DNA of 64,000 nucleotides from Escherichia coli (GTDB lineage Bacteria; Pseudomonadota; Gammaproteobacteria; Enterobacterales; Enterobacteriaceae): NCBI RefSeq assembly GCF_022846255.1, contig NZ_AP025682.1; one strand, 5' to 3'. Shown piece by piece: positions 54,612 to 64,000 of this stretch (position 1 is its first letter; each line of letters starts with the position of its first letter). The notes under the pieces were generated by a model. It saw only the letters and a program-made list of their open reading frames with translations, ran no database searches and was not told where the DNA came from. The position numbers and the translations under genes were made by a program.

Positions 54612-58224
<3,613 letters not shown>

Positions 58225-58394
58225 TACCACTTTTACTCCGTTTTATTCACGGGACACTGCCTGGATATTATGGCGAGCAATATTGGCAGATGTCCAACTA
58301 TGCCAGAAAAGGGGGAAAAAAACTGCTGGAGCTTGCGATTTACAGGTGAATTGAAAAACGCCAGCGGCAGAGCTGGCGCTTTAACTACGGGGCA

Positions 58395-59032
58395 TTACTC
58401 GTCGGCAGCGTAGCCCTGCGGCGGCAGACGTTGACCATCCAGCCACGCGGCGTTTTCGTGCATTTTCAGACGACCATCGGCAAACCAGCTAATCACCAGT
58501 GGATAAATAGCGTGTTCCTGGGTTTGCACGCGGGCGGTGATGTCATCTTCCGTATCACCAGCAAATACCGGGACTTTCGCCTGTAAAATAACCGGGCCAC
58601 CGTCCAGTTCATCGGTGACGAAATGCACCGATGTACCGTGCTCCTCATCGCCATTTTCCAGCGCCTGACGATGGGTGTGTAATCCGGGATATTTCGGCAG
58701 CAGAGAAGGGTGAATGTTCAGCAAACGCCCGGCATAGTGGGAGACAAACGCCGGGCTGAGAATGCGCATAAAACCAGCCAGCACGACCACATCGGGTGCG
58801 TACATGTCGATTTCATGAATCAACTCCCGGTCATAGGCTTCACGACTGTCAAACGCGCTGGTGATGAGCGTATGCGTTGCGATACCCGCCTGGCGGGCGC
58901 GTTCAAGGCCGAACGCGTCGGCCTTATTGCTGAAAACTGCCCGTACGGTGCCTTTAATTTTGTTGGTTTTGCAGGCGTCAATAATTGCCTGCAAATTACT
59001 TCCGTTGCCGGAAATAAGCACCACAATATTCA

Positions 59033-59033
<1 letters not shown>
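58395..59033 (-). CDS. purN: Phosphoribosylglycinamide formyltransferase PurN
   Basis: 212 aa from MNIVVLISGNGSNLQAII; the start codon overlaps the purM stop by 1 nt. Confidence 0.95.
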
Positions 59034-60088
<1,055 letters not shown>

Positions 60089-60133
60089 TTACTTGCGGTA
60101 GAAAAATAAAATTCGGCGCAATTCTAACAGGGA

Positions 60134-60149
60134 AAGCAAACGTTTGCGA
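60134..60149 (-). promoter_or_regulatory. PurR operator (PUR box) upstream of purMN
   Basis: aagcaaacgtttgcga with the palindromic core GCAAACGTTTGC, about 65 bp upstream of the purM start; matches the PurR box consensus as I recall it (ACGCAAACGTTTTCTT). Confidence 0.65.
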
Positions 60150-60394
60150 GACTGCTTTACACAACCTTTTTGCACGTCTTTTCCCCAGGCGCGCGGCGAA
60201 AGAATACTTGTACCAGGGCAAAGGATCGTTTTCGGATGGAATAATCTTCTTCCATAACCATTTGAATATAAAATAACTTTATCTCAAACCGTTATCATTT
60301 TGACTAAAGTCAACGAAAATAATATTGCCGCCTTGAAGAAAGGAGGTATAATCCGTCGATTTTTTTTGTGGCTGCCCCTCAAAGGAGAAAGAGT

Positions 60395-61021
60395 ATGAAG
60401 ATCGTGGAAGTCAAACACCCACTCGTCAAACACAAGCTGGGACTGATGCGTGAGCAAGATATCAGCACCAAGCGCTTTCGCGAACTCGCTTCCGAAGTGG
60501 GTAGCCTGCTGACTTACGAAGCGACCGCCGACCTCGAAACGGAAAAAGTCACTATCGAAGGCTGGAACGGCCCGGTAGAAATCGACCAGATCAAAGGTAA
60601 GAAAATTACCGTTGTGCCAATTCTGCGTGCGGGTCTTGGGATGATGGACGGTGTGCTGGAAAACGTTCCGAGTGCGCGCATCAGTGTCGTCGGTATGTAC
60701 CGTAATGAAGAAACGCTGGAGCCGGTACCGTACTTCCAGAAACTGGTTTCTAACATCGATGAGCGTATGGCGCTGATCGTTGACCCAATGCTGGCAACCG
60801 GTGGTTCCGTTATCGCGACCATCGACCTGCTGAAAAAAGCGGGCTGCAGCAGCATCAAAGTTCTGGTGCTGGTAGCTGCACCAGAAGGTATCGCTGCGCT
60901 GGAAAAAGCGCACCCGGACGTCGAACTGTATACTGCATCGATTGACCAGGGACTGAACGAGCACGGATACATTATTCCGGGCCTCGGCGATGCCGGTGAC
61001 AAAATCTTTGGTACGAAATAA
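60395..61021 (+). CDS. upp: Uracil phosphoribosyltransferase Upp
   Basis: 208 aa from [16 protein letters not shown], with AAGGAG 8 nt upstream; the track ORF starts at 60368. Confidence 0.95.
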
Positions 61022-61106
61022 AGAATAAAAATAATTAAAGCCGACTTTAAGAGTCGGCTTTTTTTTGAGTAAAGCGCCTATAACACATAATACAGAGGAT
61101 AATACT

Positions 61107-62396
61107 ATGACGCGCCGTGCTATCGGGGTGAGTGAAAGACCGCCACTTTTACAGACAATCCCGCTTAGTTTGCAACATTTGTTCGCCATGTTTGGTGCAA
61201 CCGTCCTGGTGCCCGTCTTATTTCATATTAACCCGGCGACTGTACTGTTATTTAACGGTATAGGAACACTGCTGTATCTCTTCATCTGTAAAGGGAAAAT
61301 TCCGGCTTATCTTGGTTCCAGCTTTGCCTTTATTTCACCGGTATTGTTACTGTTGCCGTTAGGGTATGAAGTCGCGCTGGGCGGCTTTATTATGTGCGGC
61401 GTGCTGTTCTGCCTGGTTTCTTTTATCGTGAAGAAAGCGGGGACCGGCTGGCTGGACGTGCTGTTTCCACCTGCGGCAATGGGCGCAATCGTTGCCGTCA
61501 TCGGTCTGGAGCTGGCGGGCGTAGCTGCCGGTATGGCGGGTTTACTCCCGGCTGAAGGGCAAACGCCAGACTCCAAAACCATCATCATCTCTATTACCAC
61601 CCTGGCGGTCACGGTTTTAGGTTCCGTGCTGTTTCGTGGTTTCCTGGCAATTATCCCGATTTTAATTGGCGTGCTGGTGGGGTACGCGCTCTCTTTCGCA
61701 ATGGGAATTGTCGATACCACGCCGATTATTAATGCTCACTGGTTTGCGCTGCCGACCCTCTATACGCCGCGCTTCGAGTGGTTTGCCATTCTGACTATTC
61801 TGCCAGCGGCGTTAGTGGTTATTGCCGAACACGTAGGGCACCTGGTCGTAACGGCTAATATCGTCAAAAAAGATCTGCTGCGCGATCCAGGTCTGCACCG
61901 TTCGATGTTTGCTAACGGCTTGTCGACCGTGATCTCCGGCTTCTTTGGCTCCACGCCAAACACCACTTACGGAGAAAACATTGGCGTGATGGCGATCACC
62001 CGTGTTTACAGTACCTGGGTTATCGGCGGTGCGGCGATTTTCGCTATCCTGCTTTCCTGCGTCGGTAAACTGGCTGCTGCTATCCAGATGATCCCATTGC
62101 CGGTGATGGGCGGCGTTTCGCTGCTGCTTTACGGTGTCATCGGTGCTTCCGGTATTCGTGTGTTGATCGAATCGAAAGTGGATTACAACAAAGCACAGAA
62201 CCTGATCCTGACTTCCGTTATTTTGATCATCGGCGTCAGTGGCGCGAAGGTAAACATTGGCGCGGCGGAGCTGAAAGGTATGGCGCTGGCGACCATCGTC
62301 GGTATCGGCTTAAGTTTGATCTTCAAACTGATTAGTATGCTGCGCCCTGAAGAAGTGGTGCTGGACGCAGAAGACGCGGATATAACAGACAAATAA
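61107..62396 (+). CDS. uraA: Uracil:H+ symporter UraA (NCS2 family)
   Basis: 429 aa from [36 protein letters not shown]; polytopic; downstream of upp as an operon. Confidence 0.95.
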   Translation: MTRRAIGVSERPPLLQTIPLSLQHLFAMFGATVLVPVLFHINPATVLLFNGIGTLLYLFICKGKIPAYLGSSFAFISPVLLLLPLGYEVALGGFIMCGVLFCLVSFIVKKAGTGWLDVLFPPAAMGAIVAVIGLELAGVAAGMAGLLPAEGQTPDSKTIIISITTLAVTVLGSVLFRGFLAIIPILIGVLVGYALSFAMGIVDTTPIINAHWFALPTLYTPRFEWFAILTILPAALVVIAEHVGHLVVTANIVKKDLLRDPGLHRSMFANGLSTVISGFFGSTPNTTYGENIGVMAITRVYSTWVIGGAAIFAILLSCVGKLAAAIQMIPLPVMGGVSLLLYGVIGASGIRVLIESKVDYNKAQNLILTSVILIIGVSGAKVNIGAAELKGMALATIVGIGLSLIFKLISMLRPEEVVLDAEDADITDK

Positions 62397-62490
62397 TGTA
62401 CCGACCGGGCAGTGTTGCTGCCCGGTTCAAACATCATGGGATTCTGTGGTAAACTTCTCGCGATTTTGTGAAATCCTGGTTGAGGTATCT

Positions 62491-63192
62491 CTGAACACAC
62501 CGGCACAGCTCTCTTTGCCACTTTATCTTCCTGACGACGAAACCTTTGCAAGTTTCTGGCCGGGGGATAACTCCTCTTTACTGGCCGCGCTGCAAAACGT
62601 GCTGCGTCAGGAACATAGCGGTTACATCTATCTCTGGGCACGCGAAGGCGCGGGGCGCAGCCATCTGCTGCACGCGGCTTGCGCGGAATTGTCGCAGCGT
62701 GGCGATGCGGTGGGCTATGTCCCGCTGGATAAACGCACCTGGTTTGTTCCGGAAGTGCTCGACGGTATGGAGCATTTGTCGCTGGTCTGTATTGACAACA
62801 TTGAGTGTATTGCCGGCGATGAGTTGTGGGAGATGGCGATTTTCGATCTCTACAATCGAATTCTGGAATCGGGCAAAACACGGTTGTTGATCACCGGCGA
62901 TCGTCCACCGCGGCAGTTGAATCTGGGATTACCGGATCTCGCGTCGCGTCTCGACTGGGGGCAGATCTACAAATTGCAGCCACTTTCTGATGAAGATAAG
63001 TTGCAGGCGCTACAGTTACGCGCGCGTTTGCGTGGTTTTGAACTGCCGGAAGATGTGGGGCGTTTCTTGCTGAAGCGGCTCGACAGAGAAATGCGCACGT
63101 TGTTTATGACGCTGGATCAGCTGGATCGTGCGTCGATTACCGCGCAACGCAAGCTGACCATTCCGTTTGTGAAAGAAATTCTGAAGTTGTAG
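62491..63192 (+). CDS. hda: DnaA-inactivating AAA+ protein Hda (likely non-ATG, CTG, start)
   Basis: 233 aa from [25 protein letters not shown], with a clamp-binding-like QLSLPL N-terminus and Walker A-like region; the track ORF (62446) has 15 extra N-terminal residues from a GTG. The true start is uncertain. Confidence 0.8.
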
Positions 63193-63206
63193 ATAAGGTG
63201 TTTATT

Positions 63207-63301
63207 GTCGGATGCGGCGCGAACGCCTTATCCGACCTACGCGAAGTTAATCCATAGTATTCGTAGGCCGGATAAGACGCGGCAAGCGTCGCATCCGGCA
63301 A
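63207..63301. repeat. REP/BIME palindromic elements downstream of hda
   Basis: gtcggatgcggcgcgaacgccttatccgacctac and the inverted copy gtaggccggataagacgcggcaagcgtcgcatccggca. Confidence 0.7.
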
Positions 63302-63329
63302 TGTGCTTCAACTAGCGATGGAGCACATC

Positions 63330-63689
63330 TTAACCCACGATTTCCAGTACCTGCTCCGGTGGACGACCAATCCGCGCTTTGCCATTCGCGACCACAATCG
63401 GGCGTTCCATTAGCTTCGGATTCTCTACCATCGCCTGAATCAGCACCTCTTCGCTAAGCGAACTGTCAGCCAGGTTCAGTTCTTTATAAAGATCCTCTTT
63501 TTGGCGCATCAATTCACGAGCGCTATTCATCCCCAGCATTTTCAGCAAATCACGCAGCGTTGCCGCATCGGCGGGTGTCTCAAGGTAGAGCACCACTTCT
63601 GGCTCCACGCCGTTTTCTTTCAGCAGGTTCATCGTTTCCCGGCTCTTTGAACAGCGTGGGTTATGGTAGATTTTTACCTGTTTGGTCAT
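63330..63689 (-). CDS. yfgD: ArsC/Spx-family thioredoxin-fold protein YfgD
   Basis: 119 aa from MTKQVKIYHNPRCSKSRETMNLL, an ArsC-family N-terminal cysteine motif. Confidence 0.85.
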   Translation of the reverse strand: MTKQVKIYHNPRCSKSRETMNLLKENGVEPEVVLYLETPADAATLRDLLKMLGMNSARELMRQKEDLYKELNLADSSLSEEVLIQAMVENPKLMERPIVVANGKARIGRPPEQVLEIVG

Positions 63690-63709
63690 TGTTCTTCCTT
63701 TAATGCGAA

Positions 63710-64000
63710 TTACATCTTGGTATAAGGCTTAAAGCGTTCCTGCAGCTGGCGCAACTGGTCGATGCGCGCATCGTAACGCGCTTGTTGCAGGCTGCCTAAT
63801 TTCACCTGCGAACTGGCGCTACTCAACAAGGAAATAGCCTGATCGAGTCGCCCGGCGAGCGCATAACCTTCTGCTCGCGCAGCCAGTTCCTGATCGCGGT
63901 TATTTAGTGCGGCTTCCGCCTGTGCCAGTAAATCCCAGCCGTTGCTGTCATCTTTATTGTTAAAAGTGTAGCGATTCAGAATATTGGCCGCTTCCTGTGG
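63710..64000 (-). CDS. bepA: C-terminal fragment of TPR-containing periplasmic protease/chaperone BepA (YfgC); gene continues beyond the window end
   Basis: Reverse-strand frame ending ...[15 protein letters not shown] (stop at 63710-63712); helical Ala/Leu/Gln-rich upstream region consistent with TPR repeats; position matches K-12. Not in the ORF track because it is truncated. Confidence 0.6.
   Translation of the reverse strand, partial: PQEAANILNRYTFNNKDDSNGWDLLAQAEAALNNRDQELAARAEGYALAGRLDQAISLLSSASSQVKLGSLQQARYDARIDQLRQLQERFKPYTKM

Overview
The window reads as an Escherichia coli-like enterobacterial chromosome segment, colinear with the K-12 map from suhB/trmJ through the isc operon to hda/bepA, with one exception: about 18.3 kb of accessory DNA (27321-45668) sits between der and xseA, where K-12 carries only yfgJ. 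Gene names are assigned from my recognition of the translated ORFs and from gene order; no database search was run. Core genes, in order: suhB (partial), trmJ, iscRSUA-hscBA-fdx-iscX, pepB, sseB, sseA, yfhM, pbpC, ndk, rlmN, rodZ, ispG, hisS, yfgM, bamB, der, then the island, then xseA, guaBA, yfgI, yfgH, yfgG, pdeF, ppx, ppk, purN, purM, upp, uraA, hda, yfgD and bepA (partial). The island is built from two diverged, co-directional three-gene modules flanking yfgJ: an intimin/invasin-family inverse autotransporter (SinH-like), a small secreted SinI-like protein, and a Rat-like repeat protein (784 aa RatB-like in module 1, 2693 aa RatA-like in module 2). The RatA-like gene contains nine in-frame tandem repeats of about 268-287 codons. 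Other features are REP/BIME repeats, a pair of tandem sRNA-like units between sseB and sseA, likely IscR and PurR operators, and several intrinsic terminators. No tRNA, rRNA, CRISPR array, IS element or integrase was seen.
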